Shown here in pieces: positions 13,501-27,200 of a stretch of 64,000 bases of DNA. The stretch's first letter is position 1. The number at the start of each line of letters is the position of its first letter. Made by a program: the position numbers and the translations under genes. The notes under the pieces are model-generated. The model was not told the DNA's origin. It saw only the letters and a list, made by a program, of their open reading frames with translations, and did not search any database. Source of the stretch: Azolla caroliniana (lineage: Eukaryota; Plantae; Polypodiophyta); assembly GCA_043228905.1 (NCBI GenBank), contig JBHGNT010000007.1, forward strand, positions 9,548,001 to 9,612,000, read 5' to 3'.

Positions 13501-13872
13501 GAACCCGGATTTGGATCGTATACCTGTGAGTAGTATACATAAATGTGGTGTGAGAGTGAGAAATCAAGTGTTTATCTACTTTGAAGAAAGAGGGAAAGAA
13601 CATATACATTGTTTGTGTAGATTGTGACTGCGATTCAAAGGATTTTATATGCCGTGGATGATAATCCATGTGTAATTGAGGAGGCGCAGGCGATGGTGCA
13701 ACAGGATTGTGATAGGAGAAGAGGATGTGGAGGAGATGTGGGCTGTGGCAGTAGTAGTTTCCGTAAATCTCTCGTCTCCTTGGATGAGGAGTTGGTTTCA
13801 CAGCATGGAAGAAGAAGCTCATGTGGTGGTGACTTCTTATTCAAATCGTCACCTGTGCAACAAGTCCGTTGA
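10587..13872 (+). CDS. EB1: Microtubule end-binding protein EB1 (RP/EB family), 8 exons
   Basis: Exons 10587-10697, 10967-11035, 11595-11681, 11820-11926, 12275-12423, 13091-13191, 13412-13525, 13621-13872; all GT-AG and in frame. CH domain ([52 protein letters not shown]) and EBH domain ([28 protein letters not shown]). Confidence 0.96.
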
Positions 13873-14934
13873 TGATATTTATTGTCATCATGGAAGGAAG
13901 AAATTCCTGCAGAATGCATCGTCGTCTTTCTTGTTCAAATCAATAGCATAATACACTACTAAATGCATAAATAGGTAGAGCTATAAAGAACAAAAGAAAT
14001 TTCTCACTTGCTACTACTACTGTAACTCGAGAAAGAATTACAACTATCGTCAGATCGTCAGCTTGTTTGATTCTGGCATGGCGGTGTGCAATCATTTATT
14101 TTCCCTCTTTCTCCCATTCAATTCATTTAAATTTATTTTTTTATCTATCATTGCCAGTAAAAGCATCATATTTATATCTATCTATCACAAAATTGTTTCT
14201 TTGGCAATTGAAGTCTTGACATTGCAACTGGATCAGATAGAGGATGAGGTTTTGCTAGTTTGAGCAACTCACCATCATTCTATAATTGCACATATATCAA
14301 TGAAAATATTCATAGATCATTCTATATATTTAACTACAAATATAGAACTATTCATTAAAAAGGGTTTCTGTAGTGCAAGGTATCATCATAGTATGGACCC
14401 TACCATGAATGTAGTCTCTGGAAAGCCATGTTTGGAGAATATACATTCTCCATTGCTGGATTTTCTCTTGAACTTTTTTCTCTATGATACTTTTATAAAT
14501 GAAAGTTTATTCCCAGTATTTAGAGAGTATTTAAAACTTGATTATACATTTTGTTCACCTACTCCAGACCCACTTTTGCATCCATCTTTGTTGTATCATT
14601 AAACACGCCATCGTACAGAATTTATTTCTCTATTGACATTTTGTGCTAATGAAAATATAATTAGGGAAATTCTATCTAGATACATGGACAGAATTGTTCC
14701 ATGGAAATTAACTTGATTCAAATTACAGCTGAGCATGATTTAAATGTACAACAAGGAGAAGCATAAAGCATTATCCTCAAAAGATCAATAAACTGCGTTC
14801 TGATTTCTCACAAACAATCTCATTTCTATTTATCTTATCACCTTGTCACCACATTCTATTTATCACTACCATGTCATGGTGATAATACAATACCCAACTA
14901 CCGGCTTGTTTTAAGAAATTTATCACTACCCATT

Positions 14935-17900
14935 TCACGCTGATAATACAATACCCCAACTACCAGCTTGTTTTAAGAAATTGTCCCATACTTCCATACA
15001 CACTTGTTTACGGACGGCCTCTATGGTAGATGCCACCTCATGCTCATTCTTTACCATATCATCTAAATATCCTGACACCTTCTGGAAGCATTGACTTTGT
15101 AAACAAGCAAGGATTTGAGCTTCATATAGACATTGATGAGGAACCTCGCCCGCTTTCTGGAGTCGGTGCATCATATCATCAACAAGATGGATCTGCAAAC
15201 AAGAATTCATGTTAAGGTCATACCGGTCAGGAAACAATGCGAGTAAGGAACACTGGAATAGACAGTGTATTATGTCACAATGAACTTGAGTGTAAACTAC
15301 ATATACAGTTTTAAGGATTTGTAAATGCTGTAAACTACCACAAAAAACTGCCACTCACAAGCACAGGAGTGAACTGTCAAGACTACTTATGCACGAATAT
15401 ATTGTTATAGTGCAAATTATTGCATAACCTTGTGCATACCGGGATTTTCGAGTCCCAAAGAGTGCAATCTGTTGTGCCATATAAGACATCGATTCATTTG
15501 CGAAAAAAGAATGCAGCAATATTAAAAGCTATATAAGCATACCTGTTTTAGCTTTGCAACTTTAATCATCACCCACATGCTAGTCTTTCCACTCAGAAAA
15601 AGACCTTCTGAAGTCATATCCTTGTAGACGCAATGAAAATAAGCCCATTGTTCTGAGATGGCAGCTGCTTTAAGCATCAGCTCAAAAGTGAAGGAATCAC
15701 AACGAAGTCTATTGGCCTTGTCAAAAAATATGCAAGCTTCTAAAAATCCTTTCTTGACGTTCTCATAAATCATTTTTGCCTCTTCAAACATGCGGCTTCG
15801 TCCATAAATTTTGATCATCTCATTACATGTACGAACATTCGGAGCACAAGTGTGTTGCATATGGTCAAACAAGAAAGTTGCATCTTCAATTCTTCCCACC
15901 TCTCCACAAGTTTGAATAAGTCCAGTGAAAGTTATCACATCTGGCTTCCTTGATGGGAAATTTTGCATTTTCTTTACCTGTTCTTCAGCGAAAATTAGGT
16001 TTACCGAGGTATGAAAAGCTGAAATATTTATCATAGAAGTCTAGCAAAGGAACAAGAAAAAGTCATAAGCTATAATAACTTCGTAGCCCTATCGCCAGCT
16101 CAAAACTGAGTTCATACAGATACATTTCTAGCTACTGTTGATATATAAAAAACCATGAGTCATGGAACATTTGTTGTGAGTTAGATTACACTGGGCAGTA
16201 CATTTAGATAGCAAAGCATGATTAGACAATAAACACAACAGGCGATTAGAGTGTAAGATGACTATATTGCTAAAACATGCTTGCCACTAGAGATACCATG
16301 TATAGCTGGAGAATAGCTACATAACTAAATTGATAGTAGTAATGCACATGAGACCTCTTGTTGCAGTGCATACAAGCTTACATAAACTTATAGTCTCCAA
16401 GATAAACTAACTAATGCAGAAATGAATCTCCGTCACTACACTAACTCACAAAAAACACAAAGCAGACACAAATCCAAACCTGGAAAAGTGCTTCCTTCAA
16501 TCTCCCTACAATACACAAGCTGCATGCCAACGTGAAGTAAACACCTGCTGTTCCAATAGTTCCAGATGTCTCCATTGCTTCCACGAGTGCAATAGCCTCA
16601 TCAGGCTTTTTGGCTTTGCCGAATGCCTCAACCAAGCCTATACAATCCAGAATATTTAATTAGCAAATATTTAATTGGCCTTGTGTTTTTAAGAGGCCTT
16701 GTTAATTAAGGCCATCCAAATCTGTATTGTCAAGCTCATATGAGGAGCTTACATTTGTAGGTTTGTGCATTTGCTGGAAAACCAGCCCTCTCCATTCTCT
16801 TGTAATAGCGGATCGCCTGGTCAAAATTTCCTGCCTTAACCATTGCCTGTTGTAAAGGTACATTCATTCTTATATATGTTATCACTCCTTACTCAAAAAT
16901 TTGGACAACTATCCCACTGAGAACACTTCAAATTACAGAACCTCTATTGTTAAGCCAAAAGTAGCACCATTTGGTTTTATCCTCTGCATCTCTATCTGAT
17001 CCCATGTCCATGCTACACCGGTCCACTCTTTATTCGGTATACAAGCATTCAAAACCTTCACAATCATAAGCAAAATAAAAATTATGATATAGAAATAAAA
17101 AACTACAATTCTGAATATTTACTGATTCTATTGGTATTTCAAAATTGGATTCGTACAGCATTATAAACAACAATATCTGGCTGCAAATACGATTCCCAAT
17201 TCAACACTGGGATAAATTTTATTGGCTTTGGAGGACCCATTTTGAGAGATTCGATCAATTTTAGCAACTCCTTTAAATATCCAGCTTGTCCCAATATAAC
17301 TGCTATGGCACGATAAGCAGGCATATCTGGATATGAAGAATAATTTTCCTGAAAAACATTAAGCAAGCATGAAAATGAATATCGTTGAATGCACAATATC
17401 ATATATCTCTAGTCTCTTAATGTTCAAAAATCGGTGTCTCTTTTATCTAAACCTCTCAAAGCAGAAATCTACACGAGAAAACAGTCCTTTCCGTTTCGTT
17501 CTTCTGAAAATCTTAAAAAAGGTGAGGAGACATGTCAACTATGGGTTTTATGGAGATCATAATGTCGTCTGCCCTTCAAAATTCAGAAACTTCAAGCAAG
17601 CCTCCAATAGGGCAATAATACACGCGTTTCAGATTCATTTACTTGTAGTTTCTCAAGTGGCTCACTAAGGATATCTTAGATTACAAGATTACGCGCCCAC
17701 CTGACTGGCCTATTCAAGATATTGTGTAGCACATTTCTACAGAGTGGATACATATATTTGATTTTCAATTAAAAATTGAATTTCACAAAAGATTATATAT
17801 CAACAAAATTCTATCTATTGATGTAAGGCAAATTTTGGAATATGTCCGCTTTCCAACAACATTAACCAGAAAAAAGTGTTGTGTAATGATCTAAATGCAT

Positions 17901-20900
17901 GTTTATAACATAAAACAAATACGTCTATGTGTATTTGTCATCAGCAAACATTGAAAATCAATCCTTTCTGTTAAGTGACTGCATGTGTATTTATGTGTCT
18001 GTATGTGTGTATCTCACATTGAGGTCCATAATGTATTACTAAACAAAAAAGTATGCATCTGAATAGATAGAGGTAGAGAGAGTTACACGCATGACACTAA
18101 AAACATTAATAGCTTCCACAGGTCTTTGTGCCTTTCCAAGGACTGAAAGCAAGGTAGTGAGTACAAATCTGTAAAGAAGACAATATCAAACTATTCATAA
18201 AACACAGAAGCAACTTTTGGATGCTTACATAAAATTTCTAAGTCACACACATGCCTTAAGAAGATCGATTGAATTTTATATGACATTGCAAAGCGCATTC
18301 AAATATCAATATGGATGGACACAATCCATTACATAAGTAGAACCAATACTGTACATGTATGCATGTGAAGGATATACAAGAAAAAATAAATCATATTATA
18401 TGAAGGAAGAAAATGTGGTGGAATATGAATATTACTTGCTTTTATGGAACTGATAATGTTGGCGTTTGTGCACCCACTGAACGACTTGCATAGCTCGACG
18501 CCAATTCCCGCATTCACCCAGAATTTCAACAATCCGTAGAACCCTATCCTCAGTTAGCTTCATTTTTCCGCTATGCATCACCTTTGAAAAATGCACTTTG
18601 GAAGTCCAATAGTTTATTTTATTCAACCTAGATAAAAACCAAACTGTTTATGCAACTCATATCCTGGTTTCCCTAAGAGATATAGCCAAGTAATTACAGA
18701 TGATGGTCAAAAATAAGATTTCCATGAATGAAATGCCAGTGAAAATATCTCCATTAAAATTATTTAAATTTGCAAAAGTATCTGCAGGACTTTGGTAAAA
18801 TGTCTGAAAATGGACAAAAGATTAAAATTGAGATATCTGATTCTGTCTAAATATAAGGAGACCATGTGAGAAATACAACAACTAATTGCCATGTATGAAA
18901 GGATAATAAATGTGTACCATTTTTCTTTTCATAGACTAAAATTTATTGTACTTGTGTCATTGTAAGAAACCAGTCATTGTATTAAATACTACTGTAGACC
19001 CAGAAACGCAAGATTAAACCTCGTTTTTTTTCAATGAAGATTGTGCTCTATTTGTTGTTTACATATTAGTTTCAAGCTTGGTGACATATGCCACGAATTT
19101 CAATGGAAATATTGCAGGGCTACATATATCAGTGCCAGCCTACTGTTGTCCACTCTCCTAATCCAAACACGTAGGAGATTACAACCTCAATAGGCAAAGC
19201 CATGTCACGAAACGGTAGATCACAAAGCCATGACATAGTAGACTGCCACTTAGGGTTTCTCAATTTAATTCCAAGTTAGCCCAATACCATCTTAGACCCC
19301 CTTAAAATAACACATATAATGAACAACTTCTACGAAGTTTGTGTTAATAGATCCTCACATACTAACGTAAGGAATCATTATGTTTCCCACAACAAAAATT
19401 TAGAGTAACCCAAGAATACATCAGTGTATTGATTGTATGGGCTGAACCCAAATGGTAAATTTATTTTAAGGTAATTTATCCATACTTAAAGACATTCTTT
19501 TAAGCAATATATTTAACTTCCTGAGATACTAATGATGGAGAATTATCAGTAATACCTTTCTGCTAACTTTTGTATTCTTTTATCTTCCAAAAGAGCTGCC
19601 CTCGCATTGAAATGAAACATCGAAGCATCCTCCGCATCCAATTCTTCTTTATCTTCTTCAGCAGATTCACAAAATATACTCCAATCACCCCTCCTACGGG
19701 CAATAATCCTTTCCTTTACTTCCTTTGAAAATGGTGGCTTCTTGAATTTAACTATTCCCACCCCTTTTTTCCACACTTCTGGCATCTTTGGCACTTGCGT
19801 GATTTCATCATCTAAAAACTTTTCTATATTGACCTCCTTTGAACCTTGAAACATGGAAGTTTCATTAGGGATCTTGATTGATCCTTTAGAGGATATCATT
19901 CTGGAGGGAGATAACATAACATTGATATCAACTGATGAGTCAGATGTAAGTGGGGAATAACTATCAGTGGAATTGCAATCATCTAAATGAGGGGGAGAAT
20001 ACACCATTGTATGATGACTAAACTCTTCTCTTGTGGATTGATGATCTCTTTTCATCTGATGCATGTGAATAGGAGTGTGTTCTACCTTTCTTGAGGTACT
20101 TATAATTGCTCCATGGCTATCCAGATTGAGATTGTAATCAACGTTTTCTTCACAATCAGCTCTTTTGTTGTCATGTATAAATAAACGATCGTGTTCCATA
20201 TCTCCCAAACCAGTATTTCTTTGGTCACTAGAAAAATTTAATTCGACATTTTCTTTGCATTTCACTCTTTCACACTCATTTATGGATATAGGATTGTGTT
20301 CCACAATACTTGAGCTGGTAATCATTCCATCACTAGCCAGATTTGGAGCGAAATCAGATTCTATTAAGGTCTCAATATCTCTAAATTCATTTGCAACTCC
20401 ATTATACCAATGATTCAGGTCGTGTTTCCTACCATTATCGCTGGAAAATGCATCTTGTAGCTCAGTTTTGATTCCAACCCTTTCTTTAACGTCCTTAGAT
20501 TTCTTTAACTTAACGTCACTTTCCAGATCAAAATTATCACTTTCGTTGCTAGTCTCTATCTCCATAGAATCATATAAATCATTGCTGGCAAATGTTTGAT
20601 CATTTCGATAACTACGATATTGCATCTCTACTTTGTCTGCTACAGTTTTTTCCTTTACATCCTTACATTTCTTAACCTTAAATGCTCTCTTCTTCATACA
20701 TTCCCCCATAGCCACATCATCATCACAACCATTCAAAACAACTCGTTTCTCAGGTTTTTGTTCTCTGAGAAAGCAAAGGAACTCATCGAGACGATCCTCT
20801 TCTATTTGAATAGCAATCATCTTACCTTTCTCGTCCACTCCATCATTCTCGGACCATTCATACCAAACGGGATCGGTGACTCTCTCCATCTTCTCCTTCT

Positions 20901-21099
20901 CTTTCCTCTCTCTTCTCCGGGCTTTCCATACCTCCTTCTTCTTCAAACGGTAAAGGATTTTGGGCGTCGGCTCAATGCCTTGTTTCTTCAGACGTGAGGC
21001 TGCCCTGGAGACATCGACAGGGGGGGAGACGATATGCGCAGAGCAACGGGTATGGTGGAGTGGGTACTGCAGATGGAGATTCTGGATGAAGCTGGCCAT
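14935..21099 (-). CDS. DG1: P-class pentatricopeptide repeat protein, DG1 (At5g67570)/EMB2279-like, probably plastid-targeted, 9 exons
   Basis: Exons 21099-19556, 18627-18436, 18168-18087, 17348-17157, 17055-16942, 16846-16753, 16637-16480, 15977-15543, 15192-14935; all GT-AG and in frame. N-terminal motif GIEPTPKILYRLKKKE, plus YPDMPAYRAIAVILGQAG, QPDIVVYNAVLNAC, VYFTLACSLC and AGEVPH, match recalled DG1-family motifs. Confidence 0.88.
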
Positions 21100-21264
21100 G
21101 TGAAGAATTAGGGTTTCTAAGATGACATGAGGGGGGGAAGGATTAGGGTTTCTAACATGACATGAGCCAAGGAAGTGGAGGGAGGCTCTGTTCTTTCTCA
21201 ATCAGTGGTGTCACTCAAAATCAGTGACATGGCCAGAGTTCAATCAAGGTCCGGATTCTCGGGT

Positions 21265-21359
21265 ACCCGAAGTATGTATGTATGCGAGGGGCGTGCCCCC
21301 ATGGACGGATTGACGGACACACAGACAGATAGACAGAAGCATTGGACATGGGGCGTGGC

Positions 21360-21390
<31 letters not shown>

Positions 21391-21540
21391 GGGGGAGTTA
21401 CCTTAGGGCTTTCCGTGAAGGTTCGACTTCTCAAATACCCAAACTATGTATGCGAGGGGCATGCCCCATGGACAGATGGATAGACAGACAGAAGCGTTGG
21501 ACATGGGGTTGGGTGGGGGAGGGGGCTTTGGCTTAGGGTT
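21265..21540. repeat. ~170-bp duplication (2 copies) with a ~21-nt G run upstream of the PPR gene
   Basis: tatgtatgcgaggggc.tgcccc.atggac...gacagaagc.ttggacatgggg...cttaggg occurs twice. Poly-G at ~21374-21395. Confidence 0.8.
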
Positions 21541-23395
21541 CTATGATCAGCTTCCCTCATGTGCTTCTCAAGGATCAGATGTGGCTCGCTTGAGGAGGTC
21601 AAAAGAAGTATGCCTAGGCCCTACACTGAGATGCCTCAATTGGGTTTATGAGAGTTTCCACAATTACATTCAAGCTTGAATGTGGTTACTTTGGTAACCA
21701 AATATACTTATAGTTATACATATGTGCTTTCCACACTCTCTTTTTTTTCCCAAAAAACATCTTCTTCATTAGTAGAAACTTGTACATCCATGACAAAATG
21801 ATTACAGCAACAACCTTATAAATGTTGTAGTCGTGGTAGACCAATAAAAACTACAAAGAGTCATAGTATAAAAGTACAAAGAATGGTGAACACCTACAGG
21901 AATGTTCTTTCTATCACCTGTAATCAAATGTGCTTTCCACACTTTTTTGAATGATTGGAGCTGGTTGCTCGAGGTGCTCGTGCAATACCTTGGAATAAAG
22001 ACTTGTATGCGCCAAGTTTGAGAGTTATTCTTGGTCTTGCTACTCTATTGTGTGTCAACTTATTTGAGTCAAAGCTCTCTACCCTTGCATTTATATGACT
22101 CTTACCCTTCCCTTGCTTTTGCTTTCACAACCCCTCGCTTGGCTTGGATATCCACAATTGTGGCATGGATCAAATTTGCCACAATGACTTACATGCAATG
22201 ATTGGGAGGGCATTTGATTGCATCGTCATCAGCAAAGCAACAATTAAAATACTATGGGATCAACTTCTGAAAATGTATGACCACAATTCTTTCTTAACAA
22301 ATTTAACTTGTTGCATCAGATTGTAGATCTTTGTAGTAACCACATCCAATCCTATAGTAAGTGTGGAAATCCTCATAAACTCAATTAAGGCATCTAGGTG
22401 TATGCATTCTCTGTAACCTGAACAGCCACATCCAATCCTTCAAAACCCCACTTGCAAAAAAGCCATAAAACCCTATCCAACTCTCCCCTTTGTCCATACT
22501 TCAGGTATCAAGAATTTCTCGTAGAATTTTGCAATTCTACAAGCATGACTCTGTGTTAACAAATTCTAGTTGATGCATAGACTTGTAGATCTAAAAACGA
22601 TATAAGATAGAAGTTTTCCAACATTTCAATGATTTTGATGTCATCTTTGGTTAATTTCAAACACAAGAATTAAAATTGAGCCTCAATATTGATGGCAAGG
22701 GTTTGGGCTGTTCTAGGAAACTCTTGAATGGAAATATTCAAGCATATGTGAGAAAAGGTGTGAACTCTAAATCAGTCTTCATCAGTCTCAATATATTACA
22801 TGAAAATGTCAAATTGGATCATTGGATGGATTTCTCTTCTTTAAAGCAATAGAATCGCATCCCTAATCAATGAACATGTCCCACGTTGTAGGCCTGCTCA
22901 ATGAACATAAGTACAAAGCCAAGCATATCACTCACCAATCTAATTTTAAAACATCATTTATATGGGACTTCCAAGTTAGTCATTTTCTCATAAATGCAAA
23001 TCCAACCACATCTCATGTGATGCCAGAAGGAATGGATGGAATCAAATGGATTGATAATTAAATGGACCTCGGATGTATGTCCATCTGTTCCGGAATGCAG
23101 AATCATTTATTGATAAAAATTTCAAAGGTAAGCAAGAAACTTTTGCTATTAAATAATTTAATGCATTCCTGACCACTTAATTAAAGTGGTCAATAAAACT
23201 CTCATTCTTTTGTAGACCATATAGGACTTCGTATCTATTGTCTCTTACATTGATGGACATGTAACTATCAGATAATTTGCAAGTAGGTATATAAACAAAA
23301 ATACACATCGTTTTCTTGCTTCCAAATCATTTAGTTAAAATATGAGGTAAAACCGATTGTAGGCGCAATTTTTGCATGCTATTAATGGTAAGATT

Positions 23396-24190
23396 TTATC
23401 CACATTTAGTTCCTGTCCAAAGCCATCCTTTGCAATTTCTGGCTCCACACAAGCACTTTATAGCGGTTGGATCCGTTGAGAAGTCTTCAGTTCTGGTCTC
23501 ATAGGTTGTGTAACCATAATCATAACAAAGCTCCTCACCAATTTCTATATCTCGTGAAGCATAATGTCCAATACGACAAAACCGAAGGTCAGTTGTGTCG
23601 ATGTAAACCCTGTACACACTCAAGTTCCCATCACAGCTGCAAAAGAAATAAGATCTATCAAAACTTAGAAGAAGCAGAAGATGGGCAAGGTAAATGCAAT
23701 TCATTCCATAAAAGATGAACAGGTATTGGACCACTTTGGGCGGTATTACACGAAAAAACACAATACAGCAGTAAACGTTTTCCAAAAGCGGGTATTCAGG
23801 TTTTCTGATCTTATTATGACAGCAGGTAGGGGTCAATAATGTTTTCGTAGCTAAAATTCAAATGTAGTCGGACATTTGAATTTGCCTTATTTTGACCTAC
23901 AAACACATATATAATAGCAGGAGCTAAAGCATTCATTTTGAACTCGGAAAAAAACTAACTATAAAAAATATACTTATTTTAATGTACTGTGAAGTAATAT
24001 CCATGCTTTCCTCTGCTAACATATCCATGCTTTATAAAAACACATACACGGAATATTTTATCCTAAAAAATTAAACATTTTCATCACCAATAGACATTCA
24101 AAAAGACAAAATGTCACAATACTTTATAGCAGTAGTTGTTGGAGTAGAGTAGTAGTGGTAGTAGTAATAGTAATAGTAATAGTAGTAGTA

Positions 24191-24235
<45 letters not shown>

Positions 24236-27200
24236 TAATGATGAGTTCAAAGAAAAACCTATGGTTAATGAAACGTGCTACATTCGACATATGGAATCCA
24301 TCTATTACAAGAAGATCCTCTATCGGCACATCTGGATGATCAACATTGAATAGGAAACTGCAGAAAACCATTACGATTTACAAAGTATCAAATTATATAT
24401 CATTCATATAAATAGACGACTTTCTCAATCCTGAACACATAACCCTACAGCCAAACAAATTTAAGAACATCACCAACCTCAAACTCGACCGATCATACGT
24501 CCATCCACGTTCTTCAGCTTCACAATGAGTTAAGATCTCACCAACATACTCCATGACAAATTTTCCTCTACAAATGTAACCACAAAGTTCATCATATGGC
24601 AATAATAATAGTTTTAGTCGTCATATTTACAAAAGATATTAGAAGAAAATAAAATGAATAGATTACAACAGCAATCATCTAGATCCATGAATAAAAATAT
24701 TGTTGCTTCAATGATTTTTACACCACCATTGCAGTTATCATGTTAATTGATACCACCATGCTAGACATTTCAGCTGGATAACACACGAGATAAAAATGGT
24801 CTCCACAGTCCAGCCCAATGTCTTTTTTAAAAGGAAAACGTAAGAATGTTTATACGCATCACAATTGCACGAGAAATGGACAGGATGGAGACAGAAAAGT
24901 AGAGAACATGTTATAAACATAGACTCGGTTGAATAATAAAATCATAAAAAACATGGTTAGGTTATTGTCACCAGGCACATCTTGGATCAGAGTTTATTTA
25001 TCAATCCCCATGGACTCTCCGGTGGATTAAACACATTAGGATAAATTTACGATAGAGTAATGGTAATACATTTAGATAATCTTTTTGTTTATCTCCTTAG
25101 CAAAACTTATTATTTGTGCGTAAAAATTTAGGATACATGTGTTTTGACCTCATAAAAACAGATTAATAGCTGCCTATATATTTGTGAGAATTGTTTCTAC
25201 ACACGTATTGATATTCTTGTGAAAACCTGGCATAAAATATTCGTTTAAGCTTCCTAAGAAAAAAGAAAAGTGAACCTGGGAATCTGTTCCATTGTCCGCA
25301 CACCCCAGCCTCGATCTTTTGTCTTGAAAACTTCAAGTGGAGTTTGTATTCCTTTCTGAAGTTCCCTATTTAGACAATTGACACCACATGGGCATCTACT
25401 ATTACACTCTATAATATCTTTGGTCACAGTTCCAAGCTGTCAATAAAACAAAATAAATTTTAATCAAAATGAAGAATTCGATGATATACATCCGCTGACA
25501 CATATGTAAGAAATTCACCAAAAGCCGCCCAAAACGGTCATAAGGAAGGCGCCGAAACATTGGTTGGCCTTGCCAATCAAACCGACTATCAATCACTCTC
25601 TCAGAACCCTTTACGCCAGCATGTGCAGAAGGTTCTTTGTGAGGGTCATCTATTGAATCAAGATCACATCCTTCACAAGCGTTTGCCAGATTATTTTCAT
25701 CTAGAAGCACAGATTCTAATATACACTTTGCTTTACCAGAATACCTAAACATTTGAAGATAAAAAAGAATAAGCATGTGCAGAAAATCGAGTATAATAGA
25801 GATGATTCTAGAAAAAAAAACCTGTTATTAGTGATGTATTGGATAATAGGAGCAGGATCAGCGTCAATGTCATTTGTGCAAGGAATGAGCACTGCTTCAC
25901 GGCCACCTGATATGTCCTCACAGAGGACATTGGTTCCCATATGATATAGAGCTCCTCGTGACACACAATGGCTGCGGTATGACAACAAGAGAGATGAAGG
26001 ATTGTATTCCCTAACAGGGGCATGCAATGATCTATGAAAATTCATTTCTATATAATGAGAAACAATAATGTAGTAATTTGGATCAATCTCTATCTAGAAA
26101 TCACCATGTTCAGCAATTAAAACGGATTCTGATTTTAATGATGAATTCTTGTGGAAAGAAAACTCCAAAAATATTCACTGGTCAAACGCAATAGAACGAG
26201 GGTACAGCATGCATGGGCAGGCAGACACATGAGCAATATGAATCGTAAGGAGAGGTGAGAGACTGTAGAGAGGTTTAGACATGATCATGACATGTAAAAG
26301 AGTGGACTCGATACCCTTTTCTGGAAGGCCCTTTCTTTCGAAGGCATCATTCTATAGACCTTCATTGAGCCCCTTGTATGAGCATCAATCCTATGAAAGT
26401 TTCCATTTGGGAGCATTAACTTACAACTTTCAACGAAAATAAAAAATGCTTAAAAAAATACATACCTAGCTGTTTCTATTCTTTCTTGATGCAAGAAATC
26501 TTGTTTACTGTCTCTTTGGCCAACTTTCATAGAGATTTTTGAATTGTTTAAACTGTGAGGCATATTTGAATCTGAAATTTCCTTCTAGCAAAAATACAAC
26601 AAGTAACAAATAATCAAACAAAGAGTCTCCGATTTTGAGCCTTGAGACAACCACTTCATTAATAAATTACACCTACTTTCTTTTCTGGTACCTTACACAA
26701 GTCTTCACTTCCACTGGAAATTTCAATCGTAATGCTACCAGCTTTCATGCTTTCTTTCTTGCCTTGTGCTGATTGTGAGTGATGTGTATGACACTCAATG
26801 ACCTCAGATGCTATGTTGCACGATGAACCTAGAAAAACATGATTACCATCAATTCTAGATATAAATCCTCTAGGATTGATTCTTTAAATACTCACACTGT
26901 ATCAATGGTTATAATTGTGATAAAACAATTAAATAAACTATAGCTATAACAAGAAATTATGACGGGAACAGAAACTGTGGCACAAACGTCATTCTAAATA
27001 AACGAAATTGAGAAATACCTCTCAGCATATACTACAAAGAAATTTTGAATCCAAAATAAAAGACATCCAAAGCCTGAGCACAAAGACACTCAGACAATAT
27101 TTAATTTTACTTTTGCCTTTCAAGCCTGCAAATATTCATTTTGATTATTCTATATGCGATTTTGTTTTTTTGGTGTTACCTTATCAGCTCAAAACTGTTT

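Noticed and set aside
15429-15468. Possible extra micro-exon in the last PPR intron
   Set aside because: Exons 15977-15543 and 15192-14935 already join in frame with family-like sequence, so there is no support without RNA data.
21700-23100. Coding-like intergenic stretch between the PPR and SET genes
   Set aside because: No sustained ORF or motif that I can identify. Possibly a decayed TE, but unsupported.
24114-24258. Poly-Leu transmembrane-like segment in ORF 24114-24371
   Set aside because: Translation of an intronic (AAT/AGT)n microsatellite beyond the splice donor at 24258.
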